Made by a program: the position numbers and the translations under genes. This document shows positions 24,322 through 33,982 of a DNA stretch of 61,021 nt, one piece after another. The stretch covers positions 1 to 61,021 of the forward strand of contig JAGWIM010000002.1 in assembly GCA_028873525.1 (NCBI GenBank), in the 5' to 3' direction. Source of the DNA: Pseudomonadota bacterium (GTDB lineage Bacteria > Pseudomonadota > Alphaproteobacteria > Rickettsiales > SXRF01). Position 1 is the stretch's first letter. Each line of letters starts with the position of its first letter. A model generated the notes under the pieces. The model was given only the letters and a program-made list of their open reading frames with translations, did no database searches and had not been told where the DNA came from.

Positions 24322-24950
24322 GCGGCGTCTTTCAGAAAACTGAGAAATTTCGTGAAGGCGCGCCTGCGGTGGCTGATGCGGTTTTTTTCCGCCGGATTGA
24401 ACTCGCCGAAAGTGATGTCGTACCCCTTCGGAATAAAAATCGGGTCATAGCCGAAGCCCTGATTTCCGCGCGGCGGGAAGGTGATCCTGCCATCAACGCG
24501 CCCTTCAAACAGTTGCGTCTTGTCGCCGGGAATGCTTAAGGCCAGCACGCAGGTGAAATGCGCATCCATTTTTCGCATGTCGGGTGCGTTGTCGGCCAGC
24601 GCCGCCTCTATCTGCTCAAAAGCGCGCGCAAAATTTTTGTCCGGCCCGGCCCAGCGCGCCGAGTAAATGCCGGGTGCGCCGCCGATGGCGGGCACCACCA
24701 GCCCCGAATCATCTGCCAGCGCGGGCAGGCCGGTGGCACTTGCCGCATGTTCGGCTTTGAGGACGGCGTTCTCGGCGAAGGTGGCTCCGGTTTCCTCCGG
24801 TTCGGGGGTATTCGTTTCCGCGGCGGACAGGGCGCGGATGCCCAACGGCGCGATCATCTCGCCGATTTCTTTGACTTTGCCTTGATTGTGACTGGCGATA
24901 ACCAGCGGTTTATTGCCAAAAATCGCGGGCGTTTTCAGTACGGGTATCAT
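24318..24950 (-). CDS. rdgB: Non-canonical purine NTP pyrophosphatase (RdgB/HAM1)
   Basis: Carries [13 protein letters not shown] and FGYDPIF. I chose the ATG at 24950, which overlaps the rph stop as ATGA. The longer ORF reaching 25061 would overlap rph by 115 nt. Confidence 0.9.
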   Translation of the reverse strand: MIPVLKTPAIFGNKPLVIASHNQGKVKEIGEMIAPLGIRALSAAETNTPEPEETGATFAENAVLKAEHAASATGLPALADDSGLVVPAIGGAPGIYSARWAGPDKNFARAFEQIEAALADNAPDMRKMDAHFTCVLALSIPGDKTQLFEGRVDGRITFPPRGNQGFGYDPIFIPKGYDITFGEFNPAEKNRISHRRRAFTKFLSFLKDAA

Positions 24951-25663
24951 GCGCCAAGCGCCTTTTTCTGCGCTGCGCACAGCTTCCTCACCCCCTTGCG
25001 CCCCAGCTTCAGCAAGACGTGGAATTCTTTTTCCGACACCGGCGCTTCCTCGGCGGTGCATTGGATTTCGACGATGCGTCCATCGTCGGTCAGTACGAAA
25101 TTGGCGTCCATGCCGGCGCTGCTGTCTTCGTCGTAATCGAGGTCGAGCACCGGCGTTCCCTTGTATACGCCGCAGGACACGGCGGCGACCTGCCCGGTGA
25201 TGGGCGATTTTTTCAGCACGCCGCTTTTGATGAGCGATTCGACGGCAAGCGAGAGTGCCACATATGCGCCGGTGATGGAGGCGGTGCGCGTGCCGCCGTC
25301 GGCCTCGATGACGTCGCAGTCGATGGTAATCTGGCGCTCGCCGAGTCGCCTGAGGTCAATGATGGCGCGTAAGGAACGGCCAATCAGCCGCTGGATTTCC
25401 TGCGTGCGTCCCGACTGCCTGCCCTTGGCGGCTTCGCGCGGCATGCGGCTGTTCGTGGAGCGCGGCAACATGCCGTATTCGGCGGTAATCCAGCCTTTGC
25501 CGGTATTGCGCAGAAAATGCGGCACGCCGCCGTCCACCGAGGCGGTGCACAGCACCTTGGTGTTGCCACATTCGATGAGGCACGAGCCTTCGGCATGGCG
25601 GGAGGCGGCGGGCGTCAGCTTTATTTTCCGTAGCTGGTCGGGTTTTCGTCCGGAGGGGCGCAT
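24947..25663 (-). CDS. rph: Ribonuclease PH
   Basis: 238 aa; MRPSGR...[14 protein letters not shown]...[19 protein letters not shown]. Confidence 0.97.
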   Translation of the reverse strand: MRPSGRKPDQLRKIKLTPAASRHAEGSCLIECGNTKVLCTASVDGGVPHFLRNTGKGWITAEYGMLPRSTNSRMPREAAKGRQSGRTQEIQRLIGRSLRAIIDLRRLGERQITIDCDVIEADGGTRTASITGAYVALSLAVESLIKSGVLKKSPITGQVAAVSCGVYKGTPVLDLDYDEDSSAGMDANFVLTDDGRIVEIQCTAEEAPVSEKEFHVLLKLGRKGVRKLCAAQKKALGA

Positions 25664-26451
25664 TATACATCCTGCGAATTGCGCAGCGACCGCGCAGGAT
25701 CTTCTGATCCTGCGCAGCCGCTTGCGCGTCTCACAGGATTGATACTATCTTCCAATAGCTTTTGGGAAGCGGTTTCTATGGCGTCTTTAAGGCGCGCCAT
25801 GAACTCCCGCCTGGGCAGGCCGGGCGCAATCGGCGGCAGGAATTCCATGGCAATGGTGCCCGGTCGCTTGAAGAAAGCGTTTCTGCCCCAGTAAAGGCCG
25901 GAATTGAGCGCCACCGGCACTACCGGAATGCCAAGCTGGCTGTAAAGCGCTGCAATGCCCGGATGATAATGCGCCGCCGCGCCCGGCACGGTGCGCGTGC
26001 CTTCGGGGTAAATCACCACCGGGCGGCCATCGTTTACCGCCTGCTGCGCCTGCCGGACTATCTGCTTGATGCTGCCGGCACCCTTGCTGCGGTCGATGGC
26101 GATCATCTTCATGCGCCACAAATACCAGCCCCACAGCGGGATGGCAATCAGTTCGCGCTTGAGCACATATGCCGGACGCGGAAGCATCGCCAGCAACGCT
26201 ACCGTATCCCATGCCGACTGGTGCTTGCAGGCATAAATCACCGGCACGCCGGCGATGTATTGCCCTCCGCGTATTTCCTGCCGTATGCCGCAGATCAGAC
26301 GCAGGAGCCGGAGCGAACCCCTTGCCCAGGGCGATCCGGCGCGCTGCGCCCCTTCGGCCGAGGCGATGAACAGCGGCGCAAACAGCAGCGGCGCCATCAT
26401 CGCCCAGGCGGTAAAGCAGATATTGAACAGCAGTGAACGCAGGAAAATCAT
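25663..26451 (-). CDS. plsC: 1-acyl-sn-glycerol-3-phosphate acyltransferase
   Basis: The acyltransferase motifs KHQSAWD and YPEGTR are present. The ATG at 26451 overlaps the stop of the upstream DUF218 gene (ATGA). Confidence 0.85.
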   Translation of the reverse strand: MIFLRSLLFNICFTAWAMMAPLLFAPLFIASAEGAQRAGSPWARGSLRLLRLICGIRQEIRGGQYIAGVPVIYACKHQSAWDTVALLAMLPRPAYVLKRELIAIPLWGWYLWRMKMIAIDRSKGAGSIKQIVRQAQQAVNDGRPVVIYPEGTRTVPGAAAHYHPGIAALYSQLGIPVVPVALNSGLYWGRNAFFKRPGTIAMEFLPPIAPGLPRREFMARLKDAIETASQKLLEDSINPVRRASGCAGSEDPARSLRNSQDV

Positions 26452-27053
26452 GAGCGGTGCAGCGCCGGCAGTAGCCAATGGCGCAAGCTGGCGGCGAGGA
26501 ATTTATGGTATTCGAGCAGGATCAGCGTTCGGCTGTCTTTATCCGCCCACCAGCCGGATGGGTTGACATCACCGGGAAACACCGGCGCCGGCGTCACGGT
26601 GATGTCCGGCGCGGTTGCCTTGAATTCCAGCAGGCTGCGCGGCATGTGGTAATCGGAGGTGACGAGCAGGATGCTGTGATAACCCCGCTGCTTCAGCCAG
26701 CGTAGAGTTTCCTCGGCGTTGCCGATGGTGTTGCGCGCCTTATGCCCCAGCGCGATGGACTCAGCATTGACCGGCCGCAGGGGCGCTTTGGCATCGACCC
26801 CGGCCTGGCGCAGCAACGTCGGCACCGTCACGCCGTCGCTGACGCCGCTGATAAACAGCATTTTCCCTTTGTCCTGTGCCAGCAACTCCAAGCCGTAAGC
26901 CAGTCTTCCGCTGCCGCCGGTCAGCACGACGATGGCATCTGCCGACGCGATGTTTTTCAGTGGCGCCGCGGGAATCTGGCCGATGAACCAGATAAGGCCT
27001 GCCAGCCACGCGCAGACACAGAAGAAAAAAGACAAGAGTATTCTACGAAACAT
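26448..27053 (-). CDS. YdcF/ElyC-family (DUF218) protein
   Basis: An N-terminal TM helix is followed by DAIVVLTGGSGR...SDYHMPRS, typical of DUF218. Confidence 0.8.
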   Translation of the reverse strand: MFRRILLSFFFCVCAWLAGLIWFIGQIPAAPLKNIASADAIVVLTGGSGRLAYGLELLAQDKGKMLFISGVSDGVTVPTLLRQAGVDAKAPLRPVNAESIALGHKARNTIGNAEETLRWLKQRGYHSILLVTSDYHMPRSLLEFKATAPDITVTPAPVFPGDVNPSGWWADKDSRTLILLEYHKFLAASLRHWLLPALHRS

Positions 27054-27124
27054 GGTTTTATGAGTCCTTGGTTTATCTATATCTCAATCTCGCTAACGAC
27101 TGGCGACCATCGACTAATGACTGA

Positions 27125-27994
27125 TTACAACACCTCCCGCAACTGGCGGATCACCGACAGCCGCGCCGCCGTCCAGGCGACGCCGCCGCAACAAGGAGGC
27201 ATCAGCAATATCAGCGCCAGATGTGTCATGGTCATGGGCAGCGCCGGCAGCAGCGACGCCCGCAGCGAGGCAACGTAAATTCCGGCGCCCCAATACACCA
27301 GCCCGGCGGCCAGTGCGCCCGGCGCGGCGCCGTAAAGCGCCAGTTTCACCGCCTCGCGCTGGAACTGCCGCATGATGTAATTGTCCTCGGCGCCGATGGA
27401 ATGCAGCAATTGCACGGTGCGCCCGTGCAGCTTGAGGGCGGCGCGGCAGGTGAAGGCGATGATCAGCCCCAGGCCGCAGATGATAACCATGGCCAGCCCG
27501 GCGACGATTGACTGTGCAACGGCGGAAAAGTTGGCGAAGCTGGCGATCCAGCGCTCATGTCCGTCGACTTCCGCCCCTGGGGTAATGGCGGCGATTTGCT
27601 TCTGAACCGCGTCATAATTAACGGCGGCGGCGCTGCGCAAGGTTACGTCGAATACCGTCGGCAACGGCAGATCGAGTGTGCCGTCGCTGTTGCCGATCCA
27701 CGGTTTCAGCATCTCGCGCAGGCGGTTTTCGCTGACACGGTTGACGTTGCTGACGCCGGGGATGATTTGCAGCGCTTTCTGAACGTCGCTTGTTTTGGCC
27801 GGATGATCGTCATTGGCAACGGGCAGGGTGACGGTGAAGCTATTGGCGTAGACGTTGTGATGGTCGATAATCCAGCCGCCGACGGTAACGCCCAAACACA
27901 GCAGCAGCGTTGCCATGCAGGCCATGATGCCGATAATCCATGGCAGGAAGGCGTGTGCGTCGTCGGCATTGAAGGGAATGTCGGAGCGGGGCAT
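27125..27994 (-). CDS. ftsX: Cell-division ABC-transporter permease-like protein FtsX
   Basis: 289 aa with four TM segments, a periplasmic loop and the sequence character of alphaproteobacterial FtsX. Its usual partner ftsE is not adjacent (see 47842-48537). Confidence 0.85.
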   Translation of the reverse strand: MPRSDIPFNADDAHAFLPWIIGIMACMATLLLCLGVTVGGWIIDHHNVYANSFTVTLPVANDDHPAKTSDVQKALQIIPGVSNVNRVSENRLREMLKPWIGNSDGTLDLPLPTVFDVTLRSAAAVNYDAVQKQIAAITPGAEVDGHERWIASFANFSAVAQSIVAGLAMVIICGLGLIIAFTCRAALKLHGRTVQLLHSIGAEDNYIMRQFQREAVKLALYGAAPGALAAGLVYWGAGIYVASLRASLLPALPMTMTHLALILLMPPCCGGVAWTAARLSVIRQLREVL

Positions 27995-28288
27995 GATCCG
28001 GTTGTCTATCGTCTGATTACCGGGGCCAAGCTAACAATTTGCGGCGAACAACTCAAGCCGTCTGTTTTTGAAATATTTAGCCGTACGGGAGATAGAATGC
28101 GTTACGCGGAAGGCCTGATGATGTTTGTCAGTGATGCAAGGAGTCCAGGGTTGTCATGCCATTGTATGCCGATGTAACATATTATCTTGAATGAAGATTG
28201 TGTGACCATTAGCCGGAAAAGGCAGAATGGGGCGGAAGTGCCGGTAAACCGCCGGAAACAGTGGGATATCGATAATATTTTTCCCTGC

Positions 28289-28317
28289 TTGACATACCGA
28301 TTTCCATAGGCCATAAA
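28289..28317 (+). promoter_or_regulatory. Candidate sigma-70 promoter (TTGACA-17 nt-CATAAA) with an AT-rich upstream tract
   Basis: TTGACA lies at 28289-28294, followed by a 17-nt spacer and CATAAA at 28312-28317. GATAATATTTTT lies just upstream. Called from sequence pattern only. Confidence 0.25.
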
Positions 28318-28324
28318 GACCATC

Positions 28325-28495
28325 CTTTTGACGGGTGCCCGTACGCGGGGCCGGTCTTCCGATTCTGCAAATTCTTCGCAGAATCTGCCGTTTGACAGTG
28401 TGAAGAGCATTTAAGCGCAGGTGGCGATGTGTCGCAGCTTGCAGTCTTTTTCGGAAGACTGCCCACCCGCTCGCAAGAGCGGGGCATTCTTTATT
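28325..28495 (+). ncRNA. Candidate small structured RNA (about 170 nt) between ftsX and the 16S gene
   Basis: It starts downstream of the candidate promoter. It contains three hairpins: 28361-28385 (8-bp stem), 28441-28462 (8-bp stem), and 28466-28483 (7-bp stem with a GCAA tetraloop) followed by a T-rich tract (GCATTCTTTATT). No convincing ORF is present. Confidence 0.3.
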
Positions 28496-28563
28496 GAATG
28501 AAGTTGTTGAAATCAACAACACAACGTCACTGCGTGAACAGTAATATGCAAACGCAACGTTAT

Positions 28564-28592
28564 GCACGTAAGTCCAAGGTGCAGTGTATAAT
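28564..28592 (+). promoter_or_regulatory. Candidate 16S rRNA promoter (perfect TATAAT -10 box)
   Basis: TATAAT lies at 28587-28592, about 165 nt upstream of the mature 16S 5-prime end. The -35 region is weak (TGCACG). Confidence 0.25.
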
Positions 28593-28636
28593 GGTGGCGT
28601 TGTGCGTGTTTCCGAAATTTTAAAGTTGTCAGTGGC

Positions 28637-28734
28637 CAGCGGCCAGCGGCCAGTAATGGCGGTTGAAGGTTGGCCTGACGATTTGAGTAAGGTGCATTTG
28701 CAAGTTGGCGTCCTTCACTGGCCGCTGGCCGCTG
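28637..28734 (+). repeat. 18-bp perfect inverted repeat in the 16S leader, built on a GGCCAGC x3 tandem
   Basis: 28637-28654 (CAGCGGCCAGCGGCCAGT) is the exact reverse complement of 28717-28734. The loop is 62 nt. The 3-prime arm ends 20 nt before the 16S start. Confidence 0.9.
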
Positions 28735-28753
28735 CGAACTGCACCCTGAATCA

Positions 28754-30242
<1,489 letters not shown>

Positions 30243-30343
30243 ATTTCAGTATGTTGGGGATCATCCTCAGCCTCTGCCTGATTAAACGAATCATCTTACA
30301 TGACATGCCGCCGCCTGCGCCTAAATGCTCACACAAACTAAAA

Positions 30344-30380
30344 AGGCCTCGGCGTAAGCTGGGGCCTTTTTGTTTGTTTG
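30344..30380 (+). terminator. Rho-independent terminator about 115 nt after the 16S 3-prime end
   Basis: The hairpin AGGCCTCggcgtaagctGGGGCCT is followed by TTTTGTTTGTTTG. Confidence 0.65.
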
Positions 30381-30410
30381 TGGCAATGGCCTATGTTATT
30401 CATAAAGCGC

Positions 30411-30653
30411 ATGAAAACGACCCGCTATTTTGAAGAAGACGTATTAGGTAAAAAACGTCCTTATATGAAACGTGAGTGGTGCATGGAGGCAATTCAGTCT
30501 CCTGACCATAAAATGCTTCAACCGGACGGCAGAGTGCGCTATTATAAATACATTGCGGAAGTACAGAAATTCGTTCGCGTTATTACGCTTGCAGATGGTG
30601 AAACCGTACATAACATATTTTTCGACCGCCGCTTTAAACCTAAGGATCATTGA
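30411..30653 (+). CDS. Small conserved hypothetical protein, probable partner (toxin-like) of the downstream DUF2283 protein
   Basis: 80 aa: MKTTRYFEEDVLGKKRPYMKREWCMEAIQSPDHKMLQPDGRVRYYKYIAEVQKFVRVITLADGETVHNIFFDRRFK. It resembles small proteins that often sit next to DUF2283 genes. The region is low-GC, and only 2 nt separate its stop from the next ATG. Confidence 0.6.
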   Translation: MKTTRYFEEDVLGKKRPYMKREWCMEAIQSPDHKMLQPDGRVRYYKYIAEVQKFVRVITLADGETVHNIFFDRRFKPKDH

Positions 30654-30655
30654 AC

Positions 30656-30871
30656 ATGAAATTCCATTACGATAAGGAAACCGACTCACTTTATATCGAT
30701 TTTATCGATGGACCGGGTGTCGATAACGTCATTGTCACTGATGACATTGTCGCTGACATCGACGTACAAGGGCGTTTAGTTGGGCTGGATATCCAACATG
30801 CCAGCCAGCAATCCGATTTGAGCAATTTTATCGTAGACGGCATGAATCCTGTTCTAAGGCCAGCGATATAA
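30656..30871 (+). CDS. DUF2283-domain protein
   Basis: MKFHYDKETDSLYIDFIDGPGVDNVIVTDDIVADIDVQGRLVGLDIQHAS matches the DUF2283 pattern (YDxExDxLYI...D...GxxVGIEI). Confidence 0.8.
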   Translation: MKFHYDKETDSLYIDFIDGPGVDNVIVTDDIVADIDVQGRLVGLDIQHASQQSDLSNFIVDGMNPVLRPAI

Positions 30872-30875
30872 ATTC

Positions 30876-30914
30876 ACCTGCGGCTGGATTACCTCCTTTC
30901 TAAGGATTTTGTTT
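30876..30914 (+). repeat. 39-bp direct repeat, copy 2 (an ectopic copy of the 16S 3-prime end)
   Basis: Perfect copy of 30204-30242. It begins 5 nt after the DUF2283 stop and ends 27 nt before the next ATG. Confidence 0.95.
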
Positions 30915-30941
30915 TTTGCGTAACAACTTTAAGGAGAAAAT

Positions 30942-31496
30942 ATGCTAAATGATCTTGAAGATAGAATTATTAAAGGTGCGAAGAAAGCGCATATCACCTA
31001 TTTAGAAATGAATGACTATTATCTTCATCATGCACCTGAGCACTTTCTCCAAAATGAGATTGCCCGTACTATTTGGCAGAAGGGCAATGGCAATGATATT
31101 TATATCGATAAGTCAAATGCTCAGGTGCTAAAAGAATTGGATTCTACCAATAAAAAAGGACGTCCTCGGGATGATGCCAGTAAGCGGTTTGATATCACGG
31201 TCTTTAAGCGCTCTGAAAAGCAAATTAAAGCTGTGATCGAGATAAAACGTGGGGATCATATAAGTTTTCAGTCACTGAGAAAGGACACAAAAAAAATAGA
31301 ACACTCTGCAAAATCTCCGAATGGAGCAAAGCTGGGCTATCTTTTAGTATATTCTGTAAGAAAAAAAGAGGAAAAAATTCGAGATGATTTCAAAAAATGG
31401 GAAAAGCGGCTGAAATGGGAATTGAGAGAGAATATAATTGAATCGGATGGCAAATGGACGTGGGGTATCGGATTATTTAAATTTAGCCTACGCTAG
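30942..31496 (+). CDS. Hypothetical protein with a PD-(D/E)xK nuclease-like motif
   Basis: 184 aa, very AT-rich, with a strong AAGGAG Shine-Dalgarno sequence 6 nt upstream. Candidate catalytic motifs are ...RFDITVF... and ...AVIEIKR... (D ... E-x-K). A terminator follows. Confidence 0.6.
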   Translation: MLNDLEDRIIKGAKKAHITYLEMNDYYLHHAPEHFLQNEIARTIWQKGNGNDIYIDKSNAQVLKELDSTNKKGRPRDDASKRFDITVFKRSEKQIKAVIEIKRGDHISFQSLRKDTKKIEHSAKSPNGAKLGYLLVYSVRKKEEKIRDDFKKWEKRLKWELRENIIESDGKWTWGIGLFKFSLR

Positions 31497-31503
31497 ATGA
31501 AAA

Positions 31504-31545
31504 GGCCTCCGTGAAAACGGGGGCTTTTGTTTGTCATTTTTTCAG
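31504..31545 (+). terminator. Rho-independent terminator, sequence-related to the one at 30344-30380
   Basis: The hairpin GGCCTCCGtgaaaaCGGGGGCT is followed by TTTGTTTGTCATTTTTT. It shares the AAAAGGCCTC...GGGGC-TTTTGTTTGT framework with the first terminator. Confidence 0.6.
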
Positions 31546-31663
31546 ATGGTATTATAAATACCGTTACTTATAACCTGTAGTCGCTAGGAGTGGGAGATGT
31601 TTACCATTGCCGGAGGAATAATACTTGCGGTGCTTATTTTGTGCGTAGTGCCTCTCCTCTTGC

Positions 31664-31933
31664 GTGCCGTTAGTGATACCGTTCAGTACCACGCCGCCCG
31701 GTGCCGAACAGCCCTTTCATGTCCGCTTCGAACCGGCGATCTACCCGTTCCTGCATCAGCATCTGCCGAGCTGGGCGAAGTGCAACATGATCAACACGGT
31801 ATCCTGCCAGCGGCTCGACCGCGTTCGGATAGGCAAAAACTACCTTTCTCCACGCATCAATGATGAAGATTTATCAAGGATTTACAAGGCTATGCTGACC
31901 GTCTTCGGGCAAAGGCTTGACAAAGTGCGGTGA
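31664..31933 (+). CDS. Hypothetical protein or gene remnant
   Basis: The 89-aa ORF has high third-position GC, unlike its AT-rich neighbours, and a terminator follows at 31975-32005. The overlapping ORF at 31597-31863 has a good SD (GGAG) and a TM-like N-terminus, so the region may be a frameshifted remnant. Confidence 0.3.
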   Translation: MPLVIPFSTTPPGAEQPFHVRFEPAIYPFLHQHLPSWAKCNMINTVSCQRLDRVRIGKNYLSPRINDEDLSRIYKAMLTVFGQRLDKVR

Positions 31934-31974
31934 AAGCCGTATAGTTACTATGTAATCCGTTAAATCGGGCTTGA

Positions 31975-32005
31975 GACCCCGCCTCCGAGCGGGGTCTAGC
32001 TTTTT
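31975..32005 (+). terminator. Rho-independent terminator
   Basis: The hairpin GACCCCGCctccgaGCGGGGTC is followed by TAGCTTTTT. Confidence 0.55.
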
Positions 32006-32065
32006 CACCCACCCCTCCACCCTCTCGCCATCCCTCCCCGGCAGCACCCGCGCAAACGGCGCTTT
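32002..32065 (+). repeat. 64-bp direct repeat, copy A (flanks the brnTA cassette)
   Basis: Aligns with 32696-32759. The last 32 bp (32034-32065, CTCCCCGGCAGCACCCGCGCAAACGGCGCTTT) are identical to 32728-32759. Confidence 0.9.
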
Positions 32066-32114
32066 CATAAGTATTTGATTAATAAAATTATTATTCTAAT
32101 AGCAAAATCAACCC

Positions 32115-32143
32115 TTGCCTCGCGTATTTACATTGTGTAAATA
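32115..32143 (+). promoter_or_regulatory. Candidate promoter for brnTA (TTGCCT-17 nt-TAAATA)
   Basis: The -35-like TTGCCT lies at 32115-32120 and the -10-like TAAATA at 32138-32143, ending 7 nt before the brnT ATG. This would make the transcript leaderless or give it a very short leader. Confidence 0.3.
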
Positions 32144-32149
32144 TGCCAG

Positions 32150-32428
32150 ATGGATTATACTTGGAATGAAGATAAAAACCGCCGTAACGTCCAGCAACAT
32201 GGAATCGCCTTCAAAGATGCGATACGCATTTTTGACGGCCCGACCGTCGAGCGGGTGGATGACCGGTTTGAATACGGAGAAATCCGGGTTTATGCCATCG
32301 GCGTGGTAAACGGATTGGAAATCACGGTGATATACACCGACGGGGACAATGACGAACGACGCATTATTTCAGCATGGAGATCAGAACCGCATGAACGACG
32401 ATATTACTGGCAACAACTCAACACCTGA
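32150..32428 (+). CDS. brnT: BrnT-family (DUF497) ribonuclease toxin
   Basis: MDYTWNEDKNRRNVQQHGIAFKDAIRIFDGP...RIISAWRSEPHERRYY matches the BrnT pattern (WDxxKxxxNxxKHGVxFxEA...RIISARxAxxxE). Confidence 0.85.
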   Translation: MDYTWNEDKNRRNVQQHGIAFKDAIRIFDGPTVERVDDRFEYGEIRVYAIGVVNGLEITVIYTDGDNDERRIISAWRSEPHERRYYWQQLNT

Positions 32429-32687
32429 TCCAGTCACCGATTGGGAACGGCTTCGCCGTCTCGATGCGACGGAAATACGGGCAGCCATTGATGCCGATCC
32501 AGATGCTCACGCTACGGACGAAGCATTCTGGAAGGATGCCAAGGTGGTGCTACCGCGTCCAAAGGAAACCATTACAATGCGGCTCGATGCCGACCTGTTG
32601 TCCTGGTTACGGCAGGAACGCGGCTACCAGACCCGCATTAACGCCATCCTTCGTGCCTACATGAAAACCCACAGTTCGCACGCGTAA
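32391..32687 (+). CDS. brnA: BrnA-type antitoxin (DUF4415-like)
   Basis: Its C-terminal ITMRLDADLLSWLRQERGYQTRINAILRAYM is the BrnA/DUF4415 signature. I chose the ATG at 32391; the ORF extends back to 32349. Confidence 0.8.
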   Translation: MNDDITGNNSTPDPVTDWERLRRLDATEIRAAIDADPDAHATDEAFWKDAKVVLPRPKETITMRLDADLLSWLRQERGYQTRINAILRAYMKTHSSHA

Positions 32688-32695
32688 TCATAAAG

Positions 32696-32759
32696 TTTTC
32701 GCCCACCACCTCCACCCCCCGCTATTCCTCCCCGGCAGCACCCGCGCAAACGGCGCTTT
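32696..32759 (+). repeat. 64-bp direct repeat, copy B
   Basis: See copy A. It begins 9 nt after the brnA stop. Confidence 0.9.
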
Positions 32760-32814
32760 GCCCCTGATTTTTCCGGCCGTTGAAAACCTGTGCGCTTTCC
32801 TATAAAATGATCTT

Positions 32815-32943
32815 ATGGCCGCAGTTATTTTTGATACGTGCAAAGCCGTCAAGCGCCCGACTTCCGAAGGAATTTCTGAGAAACAGGCGGCGACTGCCGT
32901 TGCGGCCGTCCGCGGAGGCGGATTTACGGAAAGCTCGCGCTGA
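32815..32943 (+). pseudogene. Possible truncated DUF1640-like gene remnant
   Basis: The 42-codon ORF MAAVIFDTCKAVKRPTSEGISEKQAATAVAAV... resembles the N-terminus of DUF1640 proteins (FDTxxxVKxLxxAGxxExQAEA) but stops early. The downstream frames hold only fragments. Confidence 0.3.
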
Positions 32944-33124
32944 AGAAGGCTATGAAGTCAGCGAAATCTTGTTGAGATGAGTTCAGCCGGACATTGTGCC
33001 CGCGCAACAAACATGGTGGCGCTTCATCATCCAAGTAAATGTGGCGCAGGTTTATGCCAACTTCTCCTGCAAGAACCTGGCGCCCCGGTTACGTCTCCGT
33101 TGGCGTGCTTTAGAAAATATGGAA

Positions 33125-33982
33125 TTACATCCGTTTCCCCATCTTCCCGGCTAAATCCTGAATGAATTGCCACGCCACGCGGCCGGAGCGCGCGCCCCGC
33201 GCAGCCGCCCATTCGAGTGCCTGGACGTGCAGGTTGTTCAGCGTGATGCCCAGCGTGTAATGCCCGGCGTAACACTCGACGATGGCGAGGTAGGTCTCCT
33301 GCGAGCAGGCGTGAAAGCCCAGCCACAAACCGAAGCGGTCGGACAGCGAGATTTTTTCCTCCACCGCCTCGCCCGGCTGGATGGCGGTTCGCTGTTCGTT
33401 TTCGATCATGTCGCGCGGCATCAGGTGGCGGCGGTTGGAGGTGGCGTAAAACAACACGTGGCTGGGGCGGCCTTCGATGCCGCCTTCGAGCACGCCCCTT
33501 AGCGATTTGTAGCTGCTGTCTTCGTGGTCGAACGAGAGGTCGTCGCAGAATAAAATGAACCGGCGGATGACCCAGCCGCGAAGCGCGGTGAGCAGTTGCG
33601 GCAGCGTGCGGACATCCTCGCGGTGGATTTCCACCAGCACGAGGCTATGCGGCGTTTCTCGGTTGACCGCGGCGTGCACCGCCTTGACCAGCGAGCTTTT
33701 GCCCATGCCGCGCGCACCCCACAGCAGCGCGTTATTGGCCGAATGGCCGCGCGCGAACTGCCGCGTGTTGGCCAGCAGCGTGTCCTTCGCCTGGTCGATG
33801 CCCATGAGGAGTTTCAGGTCAAGATGCGCGGTTTCAGCCACCGGCCGCAGCGCCTTGTGCGCCGGATCCCATGTGTAGGCATCGGCGCTTTTGACATCCA
33901 CCGGCTCTTCCGGCGCCGGCGCCAGTTTCTCAACGGCAACGGCGATGCGCTGCAACATGCGGATTTCGTCCTGGGAGGTCAT
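33125..33982 (-). CDS. DUF815-family AAA-type ATPase
   Basis: Contains the Walker A motif GARGMGKSSLVKA and the overall DUF815 pattern (LLWGARGTGKSS...; FCDDLSF). Confidence 0.85.
   Translation of the reverse strand: MTSQDEIRMLQRIAVAVEKLAPAPEEPVDVKSADAYTWDPAHKALRPVAETAHLDLKLLMGIDQAKDTLLANTRQFARGHSANNALLWGARGMGKSSLVKAVHAAVNRETPHSLVLVEIHREDVRTLPQLLTALRGWVIRRFILFCDDLSFDHEDSSYKSLRGVLEGGIEGRPSHVLFYATSNRRHLMPRDMIENEQRTAIQPGEAVEEKISLSDRFGLWLGFHACSQETYLAIVECYAGHYTLGITLNNLHVQALEWAAARGARSGRVAWQFIQDLAGKMGKRM

Noticed and set aside
28000-28753. Remnant of ftsE, or another gene, upstream of ftsX (ORFs 28102-28410, 28154-28567, 28209-28487).
   Set aside because: The translations show no Walker or ABC motifs and no similarity to FtsE. 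Their composition and lack of start signals argue that the region is non-coding.
31597-31863. An 88-aa ORF with a good SD and a hydrophobic N-terminus, considered as a possible small membrane toxin.
   Set aside because: After about 25 codons the frame loses coding character, while the overlapping frame (31664-31933) gains it. This is more likely a frameshifted remnant. I list it only as ambiguous.
30243-33124. Chromosomal integron cassette array.
   Set aside because: The window contains no intI-like tyrosine recombinase. The flanking repeats are simple direct repeats rather than attC-type imperfect palindromes with a GTTRRRY core. The cassettes carry their own terminators and, in at least one case, a promoter. 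It remains reported as a cassette-like array of unknown mechanism.
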